Shown here: positions 1 to 11,532 of the stretch, piece by piece
How positions within the stretch are numbered: position 1 is the first letter of the stretch
Layout of the letters: each line of letters opens with the position of its first letter
Assembly: GCA_964016885.1 (NCBI GenBank)
Contig: OZ024752.1
Span: forward strand, 23,498,001 to 23,562,000
Direction of reading: 5' to 3'
Origin: Eledone cirrhosa
Taxonomy: Eukaryota
Length of the DNA: 64,000 nt
Translations under genes and position numbers: made by a program
The notes under the pieces: generated by a model
What the model was told of the DNA's origin: nothing
Databases searched by the model: none
The model's input: only the letters and a program-made list of their open reading frames with translations

Positions 1-1140
1 CACAAACACGTGCTGAGACTGACATCGCTGGTGCTTCCTAGACGTTGAACAGGTGTGGTCGCCGTTTGCCAGACGTGTTTTCCCCCAGCTCGTCTCATTA
101 ACGGAGCTGCAGTCCTGGATCAGGAGAAGACCGAAGGATAGCGCTTGGAAGCTGGAATGTCTCCAAGCACTCACAGCCTTCTACTAGCTGGGCACTAGTA
201 TTGGTGGAACATTCACCTCGGCGTTCTATAGAGGACTAGTGGAGGGGAAGAGCGACGACGTTTTCGGGGAGACCCTGGGAGTCGGAGACGATCAGCTGTT
301 CGCTCTCTTCAAGAGAACTTTCTGCCCGGGGCCTATGGACAACTTCCAGAAATCCCTGGCCTGGCAGTGCTACCGGGGAGCGTTGCCGGTTCGAGATAAG
401 CTTTACAGGCACGGAAGTGCCGTCAGCCGAACCTGTCCGAGATGCGCGCAGGGTGACGAAACCATCCTGCACGCACTCCTTCAGAGCTCCGAGAATTGCT
501 GACTTGTGGAGCTACGTCGAATAGTTGCTCTCACGTGTAGGGCGGATCCAGTTATCGACTGAGTCCATTGTGCAGATAGCCCCACCGTCCTCCTTTAAGG
601 AGGAGGAAGGACAGGCAGTTTTCATCTGCCTGGTGGCCATGGTGAAAGAGATTGTATGGTAGACAAGTTTGAAAGGATTGAAGACGGACATTTTCTTCTT
701 CGGCAAATCCCCGATTAACTTTTTTAAATTTCACTTGAAGAGGAAAATCAGAGTGGAGAGGCAAGTACTGTCTTCTAGTAAGTTTTTTGAAAGGTGGGTG
801 AAAGTGGCGAGTCTGGCCCGATTGAACGGGCCCGTTCTGAGTATGCGCCTGTGGACTGATAAGTGGGAGAACTGAGAGAGGGCGCTTGCCCTGGTGGTCA
901 GGGTGGCCGTCGGAGTGACCCTCGGAGGTTTCCCCCCTTTTAGGGGAATTTTTGTTGTTTGAATTTTTTAAAATTTGTTTTTGCACATTTCTATCCTCTT
1001 GTTACAACCTTTTTACACGGCCAAATCGCACTTTGTATCGTCCTGTACCGTTCTGTGCCGTCTGTAATGTTTTTCTTCATGTTTGCCCTTGTGGCCAATA
1101 AAGAAACAATTATTATTATTATTATTATTATTATTATAAT
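1..1140 (+). mobile_element. Tx1/L1-type non-LTR retrotransposon, 3' portion (ORF2 C-terminal zf-RVT region, 3' UTR, (ATT)n tail); truncated by window start and disrupted
   Basis: ORF 239-502 has WQCYRGALPVRDKL...CPRC...ETILHALL (zf-RVT-like); continuation is broken by stops/frameshifts; AATAAA near 1097 followed by (ATT)n to ~1140; homologous to the minus-strand copy at 1305-4770. Confidence 0.88.
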
Positions 1141-1160
1141 TAGTTTATATATATATATAA

Positions 1161-1285
1161 AATAATTGTTTCTACTTTTGGCACAAGGCCAGCAAATAAC
1201 CAGTGAATTACTGGTACTTTATTTTATCGACCACGTATGGATGAAAGGCAAAGTTAACCTCGGGGCGGGGGGGGGGGTTGAACTC
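1161..1285 (-). mobile_element. tRNA-derived SINE with Meta-type core, 5'-truncated
   Basis: Reverse complement has the core aggttaactttgcctttcatcc...gtcgataaaataaagtaccag and the tail gctggccttgtgccaaaagtagaaacaatt shared with other copies. Confidence 0.8.
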
Positions 1286-1304
1286 ATATATATATATATA
1301 TAAA

Positions 1305-4300
1305 ATAATAATAATAATAATGTTTTCTTTATTAACCACGAGGGTTGACATAAAGTATAACATTAAGGACAGCACAGGATCGTACAGGACGGTACAAATG
1401 GGCGTGTAAAGAAAAAGCAAACAAAAGGAATGAAAAAAATAGAAACAAAGGAAAATTCCCCAATAGGGGGAGAATTCCGAGGGCCACTCGTGGAGAAATC
1501 CCATTAAAAAAGCCACGGTGACCCTGACCACCAGGGAAAGTTCTCTCTCCCACTTTTCCACATTCAATTTACAGGCGCATATTCAGAGCAGGCCCATTCA
1601 CTCGGGCCATGCTTGCTCTCTCACCCATCTTTCAACAAAATGCTGGGAAGAGAGCACTTCCCTCTCTACCCTGATTTTCCTTTTCAAATGAAATATGAAA
1701 AAGTTAATCAGGGCATTACCGAAGCATTAGCTCGTCTTCAGCCCTTTTCAAACGCGTCCACCACACGATCTCGTTCGCCATGACCACCAGACAGATAAAA
1801 ACTGCATGCCCTTCCTGGCTAAAGGAAGGCGACGGGGCAATCCTCACGATGAACTTAGGTGATAGCCGGATCCGTCCTACACGCGACAGCAGTTGTTCGA
1901 CATAAACCCACAAGTCAGCAATGCTCGGACACAGGAACAGTGCGTGCAGGACGGTTTGGTCACCCTGCACGCATCTCGGACAGGCCCGGCTGGCGGCACT
2001 TCCATGCCTGCAGAGTTTATCCCGAATTGGCAAAGCTCCTCGGTAACACTGCCAGTCCAGGAATTTCTGGAAGTTTAGCTAGTTGATTTTCGCCGACGCC
2101 CAAGGACGTCGTCGCTCTTTCCCTCCACTAACCCTCTATAGAACGCCAAGGTGGAGTTTCCACCGATCGCATTTCCAGATTGGTCGAGGGCTGTAAGCGC
2201 CTGAAGACATTCCAGTCACCAAGTGCTCCCTCTCGGTCTTCCCTTGACCTAGGATTGAGGCTCCGCCAAGGAGAGGAGCTGGGGAAATACGCGTCTAGCA
2301 AACGGCGACCACACCTGGTGACCGTCGAGGAAGAGGTGGAGATGCCGTAGCCTGAGCGCATGTTTGCGAATCATCAGCCACGGCATGCCCATCCCTCCAC
2401 GTAGTGGTGTTGTCAACAAATGCCCCGCCTGACCATCGGAGCGCGTTCCATCCACAAAAAGCGAAAGAGCAAACGCTTCAACGCATTCCGGCAAGGCTTA
2501 GGACAAGGCACGACGATGAGGCGGTAGTAGATGACGAACCAGACCCCTAGCAATTTAACCGGTCCGTCCGTCCAGCGCCCGACGACGCTGTTGGGCAGCA
2601 TGGACCTGCCTCTCCAGGTGCAGAGCCGCAGGCCCACCGCCTTTTCTTGGTTAATCATTGCTCCAGTCACCGCTTCGTATTCTCTTAGTGTAGTGCCGAT
2701 CGCCTCGATTTGTTTGGCATTCGACACCACTACGACACGGTTCTCTCGCATCCTTGTTCGCGCATGACGCCCCTCAACGTCTTCAGTTTGTGCAGTAAAG
2801 GCTCGAGAGTTAATACGTATAACAGGGATGAGAGGGGACATCCTTGGCGTACCGAGCGCATGATGTTGAACGGTTCCGAAAGGTGACCGTTCACTCACAT
2901 CACAGAGCATATGTCGCTGTGCATGTCAGCGATCCAGCCTCTGAAGACGGCCCCAGATCCGGCCGCCGTCAGGACCACCGCTAGATAAAGATGGTTGACC
3001 CTATCGAAAATTTTCGACTGATATAAATTGATCAAGGACCCATTCGTTCCAGGTTCGTTAGCTACCCTCTCCACGATGTATCGCATGATGTGGAGATGGT
3101 TGTGGATGGATCTGTCTCGAATGGCGCATGTCTGCGCCTCTCCCACCAGACCACCGACGACAAGCACCAGCCTCTTTGCTAGCACCTTGGCCAAAATCAT
3201 GAACTCTGCGTTTATCAGAGTTATAGGCCTTCTTTTCCCCCTTGTTCGGGTCCTTTCTCAGCAACGCTAGTGCTCCTCGGATCACTGAGCTGGGAATGCT
3301 TCCGTTCTGCTGCCAGTTGCAGTAGAGGTCCGCCAAGAGGTCGCCGAACAAGTCTAGCATGTGTTTACCCATCGTGCCGTCAGTCATTCCTTGCCGTATT
3401 TCAGCGGCTGATATCGGCCTTTCGCAACACTCCGCCTCAGTGGCCGAGAGCCGCGGCAGTCGGTCGAGATAAAGTCCATCTGACGGTCCGACCCACCACA
3501 ACCCCCGAACAGCTGAGCGAAGTGCCGCTGAAAAGCCGCACACATTTGCTCGAGTTCGAGTAACATGCGCCCGTCGTGGTCCGCCAAAGACAGGATCGTG
3601 GCTTTGTTGTCACAACGCGCCTCCGCCACTCGGGTCCATCGAACGGCTTTCGTCCCCTCCTCTCTGAAAGCACGCGCCCTAGCTCTGAAAACGCAGCCTT
3701 CGTGCTTTGGTGGAGGGCCAATTTCGCTGTAAGCACTTCGGTTGCGATGCCTTTACTAAGCGCCTCATCTAATTTTCTAACTAGTTCTCCCTCTTCTCTA
3801 TTGCTAACGCCTTACTAAATCTAATGGACTCCATTCTAATCGCCCTTTTCAGGGGGAACCACCATTTGTTGTTGACGATTCCCCCCGTCAACGTCCGCTT
3901 AACTTGATCGCTAATCCAGTCTCTGTAGGCTTTGCGCGCTCTCAATGGCGCCTCTAACTTCTAGTAGCCGGGCCCCTGTCTATGAAATTTATCTAAGTCG
4001 ACCTCAGAGGTCACGAATTTGTGGTCTGTGTAGTCGACTATTTTGAATTGTGGACAACCTATCCTAGAACTATCTATTTCCTAACAAAATTCTCTATCTG
4101 GATACGATCTGGATGACCCGATGCGGTTTTTCCATGTCCACATTGGCACATTCGGGAAATCCAGTCAGACAGTTGGAAACTTCTAAGCAGGTTTGCGAGC
4201 TTTTTACACCCTCCTTCCCTATCCGCTAATCCAACACAAACTCAGCATGCATCCAAGATACCGTTCCAATCGCCCACTAACATTAAAGGGTCTCCAGTCG

Positions 4301-4770
4301 CCCGACGAAGTCAGGCTGTCCTGCCCCTGCTGGAGCATAAACAGCCACTAGCCTAAAAGAATAGTCTTCGCTGCTGGTCACATCCAGCACCACCGACTTA
4401 TTTTCTGGGTCCAGGAAGATAGTCCGTATCACGAGATCCAGGCCTCTCCGAAACAACACAGCGACTCCGCCTCCCGATCCGGGCCGGCTTGGAGATGCGT
4501 ACACATTGTAACCGCCGAAGATCGGTGCAAAGGCATGTGCCTTGGAAATTCTGGTCTCACTGATGGCGACCACATCTATGTTCATTGACCTGAGGTCATT
4601 GAGCAGGTGACCCTACTTCCATAACGACCCCAGGCCACGCGGATTTATGCTGCCTATTCTGAGTAAGGTCGTGTTGAAAAGGAGTGGAAAAGGATTGGAA
4701 AGACCACTTACCCCAATTCTTGTGGAGAAAGGAGGGTTTTTTCCCTCATTCTGACTTTTTGTTTTCGATA
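1305..4770 (-). mobile_element. Tx1/L1-type LINE, nearly complete but decayed ORF2 (APE endonuclease, RT, zf-RVT)
   Basis: APE motifs LRIGSINPRGL, DVVAISETR, GGGVAVLF, RLVAVYAP (4283-4660); RT motifs ILAKVLAKRL, FDRVNHLYL, YEAVTGAMINQEK, VKLLGVWF; zf-RVT MPIRDKL..CPRC..HALFLC (1716-2033); (ATT)n tail at 1305-1320; the YADD segment appears deleted near 2735. Confidence 0.92.
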
Positions 4771-5035
4771 CTCGGTGAAGGCATTTATCCAAAAGTTTGG
4801 TATTGTGTCTTTCCCTGGGGATTTCCATTTGCTGCATTTTCTAAGAGCTAAACGCAGATATTCAACTGTTATATTTTCCCATGTTTGTTCTTCAAGGTGA
4901 ACTGTATCTTTCATTTGTCTGTCTATCAATGAGGCATGTATATTATGAACTTTTTCTTCGGCCCAGATCTTTTCCCAGAATTCTTGCACCTCCTCCTTGG
5001 GTGGTATTGATTTAGCAGTTATTGTTGACTTGCCA
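4770..5035 (-). mobile_element. R4/Dong-type LINE internal fragment (pre-RT region)
   Basis: PPKEEVQEFWEKIW...WKSPGKDTIPNFWI parallels PEAEQTKTFWRGIW...WKSPGPDGVQGYWI of the element at 8770-11465; bounded by (TAA)n at ~5036-5060. Confidence 0.75.
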
Positions 5036-5089
5036 ATTATTATTATTACTATTATTATCATCATCATATATATATATATATATATATAT

Positions 5090-5210
5090 GAAAAAGTATG
5101 ACCCCGACGGCAGAGCTCAAGCCGTTTCGACGGCTATTTCTGGACGTTTTTGGGGTCCAGAAATAGTCGTCGAAACGGCTTGAGCTCTGCCGCCGGGGTC
5201 ATACTTTTTC
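5090..5210. repeat. Near-perfect inverted repeat, 56-bp arms with a 9-nt loop
   Basis: 5090-5145 gaaaaagtatgacccc...tatttctggac is the reverse complement of 5155-5210 apart from two mismatches; loop gtttttggg. Confidence 0.93.
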
Positions 5211-5294
5211 CTATTTCCCACTCTACTACCCTAAGTATTGAGTACTCTGGTGCGTTATGGTCCATCCATTCCTTTGTTATATATATATATAGTT

Positions 5295-6015
5295 ATAGGA
5301 ATACCCAAAGAGTGCTTAGAAATACATTGTTTTATTAGCTAACAGTGTTTCATCCATACACCATGGCAGGAATCATCAAAGCCTATAAACATGAGTATAT
5401 CAGTAGTTGCATGCTCCATCGAGCTGCGTCACCAGAACAAGGTTAAAGGACCAGCAGGGGGGTCCCGAGGCCAGCGCTATATGGAAAAAGACAGAATACA
5501 TGATGCACATAATGTCATAAAATATCTTAAAAATTAAAAAATTTAAAATTACACCAAAATGTTATCACTTAAATGGTGCAATAGATGATAAAGAGGTTGG
5601 GAGAGGGTAGCAGGGGATGAGTGAGGGTATTACTCAGCATGATCAGAAACAATAAAAAAATAATAAAAAATAATAAAAAAGTACAAAAATACAGGGATGA
5701 GAAAAGAGATAAATATAAAAATAGAAAACGATAAAGGAACAAAAAGCCCGGACCCCCCCCCCCCCAAAAAAAAAAAATATAAGACAAAGCAAAGCATAGA
5801 TGCATCAAAGCACAAGCAGTGCAAAAAGAGGGTGTACAGGCAGAAAAGAGTAGTTGGTTAGCAGTGGTGCAGCCTTGCATGTATGATAGTCCATATGAGG
5901 GATGGTGTACTCCAATTATATCGCCTTGTAACAGGTCGATTCTCCTTATCATACCCGCACCCTACGAACCATATCGATATGTTCCAGTTCCGAACGTTAA
6001 GTGAGATAACACTAT
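5295..6015 (-). mobile_element. Probable Penelope-like element 3' terminus (pLTR remnant)
   Basis: Bounded by (TA)n tracts; hammerhead motif near its 3' end; weak GIY-YIG C-terminus-like peptide RRIDL..IIGVHHPSYGL. Confidence 0.45.
5331..5389 (-). ncRNA. Minimal type I hammerhead ribozyme motif (C3U variant)
   Basis: Minus strand: UUUAU-A-GGCU UUGAUGA U-UCC-(13 nt)-GGA-U GAAA CACUG UU AGCU-A-AUAAA; stem I pairs across the core; GUU cleavage triplet. Confidence 0.62.
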
Positions 6016-6086
6016 TTTTCCAATATATATATATATATATCAATAATATTAATATATGGAAACTATCTTTATAAAACCCTATTTAT

Positions 6087-6142
6087 TTTATTATATATAT
6101 TTCAAGGGTACCAACATTTTTGGTACGCTCCCATCAGATAAA
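6087..6142 (-). ncRNA. Minimal type I hammerhead ribozyme motif (A9G variant) at the PLE 3' end
   Basis: Minus strand: UUUAU CUGAUGG GAGCGUACCA-AAAAUGU-UGGUACCCUU GAAA UAUAUA UA AUAAA; stem I UUUAU/AUAAA, long stem II, palindromic stem III. Confidence 0.65.
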
Positions 6143-7405
6143 CTACAAAAGTTGTTTTACAGATAGTGACATATCCAAAACAGGAACTTATCGTTTTAAG
6201 TTCAGTTTGAATAGTGAAAAAGAATTTCAAATCTTGGGATGAATATGTTAATGAGGATAACGTTAAAATTGAAAAAGATCATTATATTTAGACGCTAGGT
6301 AAATTTAAATAATTATTAAGATTATTTTTTAAAGAAAGAGGAGAAATAGGTTAATATTAGTGTAGAAGAAATTTAAGGAAAGAATATAAGAAAAAGGTAT
6401 ATTAGAATTAGAAATATACTATTTAATATATGTATATAAATTGTATGGAACCTATTTGTGGGGTTGTAGAGAAAGTGAAATAATTAAATTTAATTATTTA
6501 ATTATTTAATTATGTATTTTGGGAGTATCTATAATATAATGTGAGAATTATAACTGTGTTAAAGTGGGAGAATATTAATTTAAAATGTGAAAGATATATT
6601 GTATTCATATATACGATTTGGTGAATTCTAATGGTGTGTAATACTATAGAGATAATATTTATAAGTATATATTATGAAGATTAGAGTTGTAAGAATATTT
6701 TATTTTATTATATTACGACAGGTTATTTATATATAAATAATTTTAGTGAGTATATATGTTGTTTTTATTAATAGATAGATAATTTAACTATTTTTTATAT
6801 GTGACGAGTTACGATGAATTTTTGTTTACATTTTCAATATATGTTTTAAGAAAACAGAAAGTAGTTCTATTTTATTATAGAAGATTATTTTGTACATTCA
6901 ATAGTTGCATCAAGATAGGAATAAATTTACGAAATTATAATACATTTTTATATTTATGTAAAGTTTAGCTGTTACTTATAAAAAATGTTACATTTCAAAG
7001 GAAAAGATAACTCTAAAATAGTTAAGATATATTTACCGTTTATTCTAGAATTTACTTTAAAAAAATTCTAATTATGATATATGGAAAAATTATTTTATAT
7101 ATGATTTTATAGTATCATATTTTCTAAGATAAAAATGTATATATGTATTTTGATAGCATTCCTTATATCTATGCAGAGGTTAATGGTATTAAGTATTTGT
7201 ATGTAAGGATTTACAATGCCTAAAGAGTCTATTAGGAAGAAATTCTACAGACATCAAAAGTAAATTCGAAAACATCATTAAAACCATCACAAAAAAATAT
7301 ACATTAACAAATATCATTTAAAAACATCACAAAATCATCTACAAAGCACGGCGAAGACATATAAAATGTAAACAGGTGAGATATAGAGACTATAGAAAAT
7401 ATTTT

Positions 7406-7865
7406 CTATAGATTATAGATACTTCCAAAAGTCTGAGATTGACGATGTCTACAAGAGTTAAATAATTCTTTCTTTTTGTTTATAGCGTTTTGATTGGTAA
7501 TTATGTGGAATATTTCTTCAATACATAAATGACAAATTCTTGAGAGAGCCATATTTCGGTATGCGGGCGTTTTCGAAATCGTTCCCCAAGAGATTGAATA
7601 GTCAATATTATTGTCTTTTAAGTACCAAATTAGATGTGAAAATGATATTGAAAATTGTTTGTCTGATGTATTAAATGTATGTTTGTGATTATACCAGCGT
7701 TCCTTAACTTTTGTAGAAGTGGCTCCTATATAGTTATATAATTTATCTCTAGTTTTTACTGTGCACTTGTATACTAAGTTTTTATCGATACAATTATTCT
7801 GTAAAGGGCAATTTAATTCATTTCTACAGATACATTTTCTAGAATTGTTGACTATAGGAACGGTA
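7406..7865 (-). pseudogene. PLE GIY-YIG endonuclease domain (C-terminal part of the PLE ORF)
   Basis: KCICRNELNCPLQNNC..NLVYKCTV..YIGAT..KERWYNHKHTF..SHLIWYLK..CHLCIEE..NKKKELFNSCRH, typical of Penelope-clade endonucleases; the first codons of the listed ORF come from a SINE tail. Confidence 0.9.
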
Positions 7866-7884
7866 CGATTATTATTATTATTAA

Positions 7885-8078
7885 TAATAATTGTTTCTAC
7901 TTTTAGCACAAGGCCAGCAAATATCCCAGTGTATTACTGGTACTCTATTTTATCGACCCGGTAAGGATGAAAGGCAAAGTTAACCTCGGCGGGATTTGAA
8001 CTCAGTCCGTAAAGGGACATAACTGTGCTGCAAAGCATGGCGTCCGACCCTCTACCGATACTGCCAATCCACCGCCCT
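7885..8078 (-). mobile_element. Meta-core tRNA-derived SINE, full length
   Basis: A-box-like tggcagtatcggtag, B-box-like gagttcaaatcc, core, and (ATT)n tail. Confidence 0.85.
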
Positions 8079-8089
8079 ATTATTATTAA

Positions 8090-8400
8090 TAATAATTGTT
8101 TCTACTTTTGGCACAAGGCCAGCAATTACCCAGTGCATTACTGCTACTTTATTTTATCGACCCCGTAAGGATGAAAGGCAAAGTTAAATGGTGGTGAATT
8201 GGCAGTATCGGTAGAGGGTCGGACATGCTTTCCAGCATAGCTACGTCCCTTTACGATCTGAGTTCAAGTCCCGCCGAGGCTCACTTTGCCTTTCACCCTT
8301 ACGGGGTCGATAAAATAAAGTACCAGTAATGTACTGAGTAATTGCTGGCCTTGTGCCAAAAGTAGAAACAATTATTAGTATTAATACTGTTATTAGTAAT
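8090..8400. mobile_element. Meta-core SINE pair: inverted 3' half (8090-8187, -) fused to a full copy (8188-8380, +)
   Basis: Direct junction ggcaaagttaa|atggtggtgaattggcag; (ATT)n tails point outward on both sides. Confidence 0.8.
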
Positions 8401-8681
8401 ATTATTATTGTTATTTTGGTTTATTTAGGTTGGGTTCAAATTTAAGTTTCTATTATTAATTCTATTTATATTTTGTGCTATGTTCATAGTAGTAGAGTAA
8501 GATGGTTTTATAGTATGTCTGTTAAAAATAGAGTGGTATATATTTAGGGAAACACTTATCTAATGCTTTGAAAAATAGGTTTGCAACAGGTGTTTTAACT
8601 CCTAATGAGATTGTGGGAGAGTACCAAATAGTGTTTCTAGTTCTAGTTCTTTTGTTTGATTTACTATTTATGTTAAATTGC

Positions 8682-8761
<80 letters not shown>

Positions 8762-8769
8762 GTTATTAC

Positions 8770-11465
8770 TCCTTGAGTCTCAGTCATTGATGTTAGTTAA
8801 CTGGAAAGTTTGTTGGAATGAATATCAAGCCACTACCTGCAGCCTCAGATATTCAGGACGTATCGGAGGGTTCTTGCAGTTCCCAGCAAGCATGCCTTTT
8901 GAAGCGTTCCAAAAAGCGTGAAGGGGCCGATTTTCTTTAACCATCCCTGGAAACTTTTGGAGTTAGTCCCTAGTGCGCCTATGACAATCGGGATCACTTT
9001 GACTTCATGGCAGTTCCAAATCCTTTTTACCTCCCACTTTAAGTCCTGGTATTGGTTAATTTCCTCCCTCTCCTTCTCTTGCACTCTCGTGTCGAATGGG
9101 CAGGCCACATCCACAATCAGGCACGATCTTTTTTCTTTGTCCACAACCACCAGGTCAGGTCTATTGTGTTCCAGTTTCTTGTCCGTCTGTATCCTAAAAT
9201 CCCACAGCACCTTCACCTGATCGTTCTCTATCACCGCCTCTGGCTTATGCTCATACCATTTCTCAGAATGTGGTAAATTGTTTACTTTGCACAGGTGCCA
9301 GTGGATCACCCTGCCCATCACATCATGTCTCCAGCCCTTATAGTGGGTCTGGGCTAGGTGTTTACACTCGGATACAATGTGAGCCACAGTCTCCTCTCTC
9401 TCTCCACAGATCCTGCACAGTGGGCTAGCCTCCTCCTTGTAAATATGGTGTTTCAACCACTTCGTTTTGAGGGCCTGCTCCTGCGCAGCCATTAACATTC
9501 CTTCTGTAGCCTTTTTAAGGTCTCCTCTTTTCAACCAGTTCCATGTCTGTGGATCTCTAAATTCAGTTTTCTCAAAGAAGGTACTATGAAGGGATTTTTC
9601 CTGAAGGCTGCTCTTTCTCCTTGATGTTATTTCCTCCTTGGACATCCCCTCGCCTATTGTCCCTTCCTTCAGTACAGTTCTGAGCATCGGCTCCTTACTA
9701 TCAGTCACGTATTTGTGTAGGTTGTTTTTCTCCATCTGAACACAGTCCTCTATGCTGATAAGACCTCTTCCACCTTCAGATCTCCTTAAGTAGAGTCTAT
9801 CAACATCACTCCTCTTGTGGAACATGTTGTAGATAGTCGATAGCTTCCTAGTCTTCCTATCCATTTCTTTTTGTTCAGCAACATTCTATCTCAGAATTCC
9901 CGCACTGTACCTAATAATAGACACAGCTCGGGAATTTACTGCGCTCATGGCATTTCTGCTGTTCAGATGTGACTTCAATACGCTCCTTACTCTCCGAATG
10001 TATTCAGTTCTTAACAATGCCTTCATTTTTTTGTTCTTTATGCCATCAGCCTCCAGAACGCCCAAATACTTGTATCCTTCCACAGAGTCAATTTCCTTTA
10101 TGATCTCACCTGTTGGTATCTGGATTCCGTTACTTCTGCTCAACCTACCCCTCCTCATCACAATGACTCCACACTTACTAATACCAAATTGCATACATAT
10201 ATCACTGCTGAAAATACGGACAGTGTCAACAAGCACATCCAACTCCTTCTCCCTCTTCCCGAAGAGCTTAAGATCGTTCATGAAGAGGAGGTGATTGATG
10301 GTAAGCCCTCCCTTTCCCAACCTGTATCCTGCTCTCACTTTTCGCAGTACACTGGTCAGGGGCATCAGGGCAAGGACAAACAACAGAGGGGACAGGCTAT
10401 CTCCCTGGAAGATACCTCTCTTGATCTTCACGCTTCCCAAGGATTCTCCAGTTGATGTCAACTCTGTTTCCCAGGACCTCATACTTTTGCCCAACAACTG
10501 TCTGATGTTATCTGCCACCTTTGGTGATCCAAGAATGAGGCACCATGTCAAATGCCTTTCTGTAGTCTATCCATCCCATGGCAAGATCAGTGTGTCTCCT
10601 CCTGCAATTCCCCATAACAAGTTGTTTGTATGGAGGTGATGGTAGATTTCCTCAGACACAATGCTTGTCAACAGTTTCCACATTACGGACAGACATGTGA
10701 TAGGTCTATAGTTGGTAACATCATTATCTTTGATTCGGTCTTTCATTATCAGAACTGTGGTACCTTTTGTCAACCACTCTGGTACCTCACCTGACATCAA
10801 GCAGTCATTGAACATGGTTGTCAGTTTCGGGTGGAGGGATGTTATATTTTTAATCCAATACCCCTGCACACCATCTGGGCCTGGTGATTTCCAGTTGGTT
10901 AGTTTTTTGGCCTGCCCCTTATGAGTTTCAACTGTGATACTCAAATCAGTTTTTTGGTGTGCCTGTTCACTGATCTCCTTCTGTACTGTCTCAATCCACA
11001 CTGCCTGGTCATTATGTCTAACATCCTGCTCCCATATTCCTCTCCAGAATGTTTTAGTTTGTTCCGCCTCAGGGATCAAGTCGTTGCCTCTTTCTTTCCC
11101 TTCAAGCTGTCCAAACAGCATCTTCTGGTTGTTGTCGAACATGCGGTTCTGTTTATACTGACTGACTCTGTTCTCGTATCGCCTGATTTTTGCGCTCTTT
11201 GCTACAATGCGTTGCTTCAGTTCCTCTATGATAATATTTAGCTTTTTCCTCCTAGTTTTGTACTTTATTTCCAGTCTATTTTTAGTGTCTATGTTTTTTA
11301 GTGTCCCATTCAGTAGGGACTCAAGCTTTCCAATGTCATTTCTCATTTCCCTGATTTGACCACTCAGTCGTTTCTTCCACCAAGGCTCTGCTCTTTCTTG
11401 TCTGTTGTTTCCTCTCGCTTTTATACCAAGTAGTTTCATCACCGTATTTGCTGTTGCTTTGAGGA
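8770..11465 (-). mobile_element. R4/Dong-clade non-LTR retrotransposon (RT, CCHC, restriction-like endonuclease), 5'-truncated with internal deletions
   Basis: ORFs 10567-11442, 9886-10551 and 8845-9864: WKSPGPDG, NYRPITCL, GIFQGDSLSPLLF, HLLFMNDLKLF, YKYLG, CRICGEREETVAHIVSEC, RHD, RPDLVVVD..IVDVACP, IPIVIGALG; flanked on both sides by (TAA)n (8682-8768, 11465-11532). Confidence 0.92.

Positions 11466-11532
<67 letters not shown>

Noticed and set aside
6516-6535. Inverted match ttttgggagtatctataat to the GIY-YIG ORF end (~7411-7429)
   Set aside because: Only ~19 bp in very AT-rich DNA and it does not extend; probably chance
8845-11442. Active autonomous retrotransposon
   Set aside because: 5'-truncated, with deletions in RT near 10520-10610, a catalytic DD-to-ND change and frameshifts; no element in the window has an intact ORF
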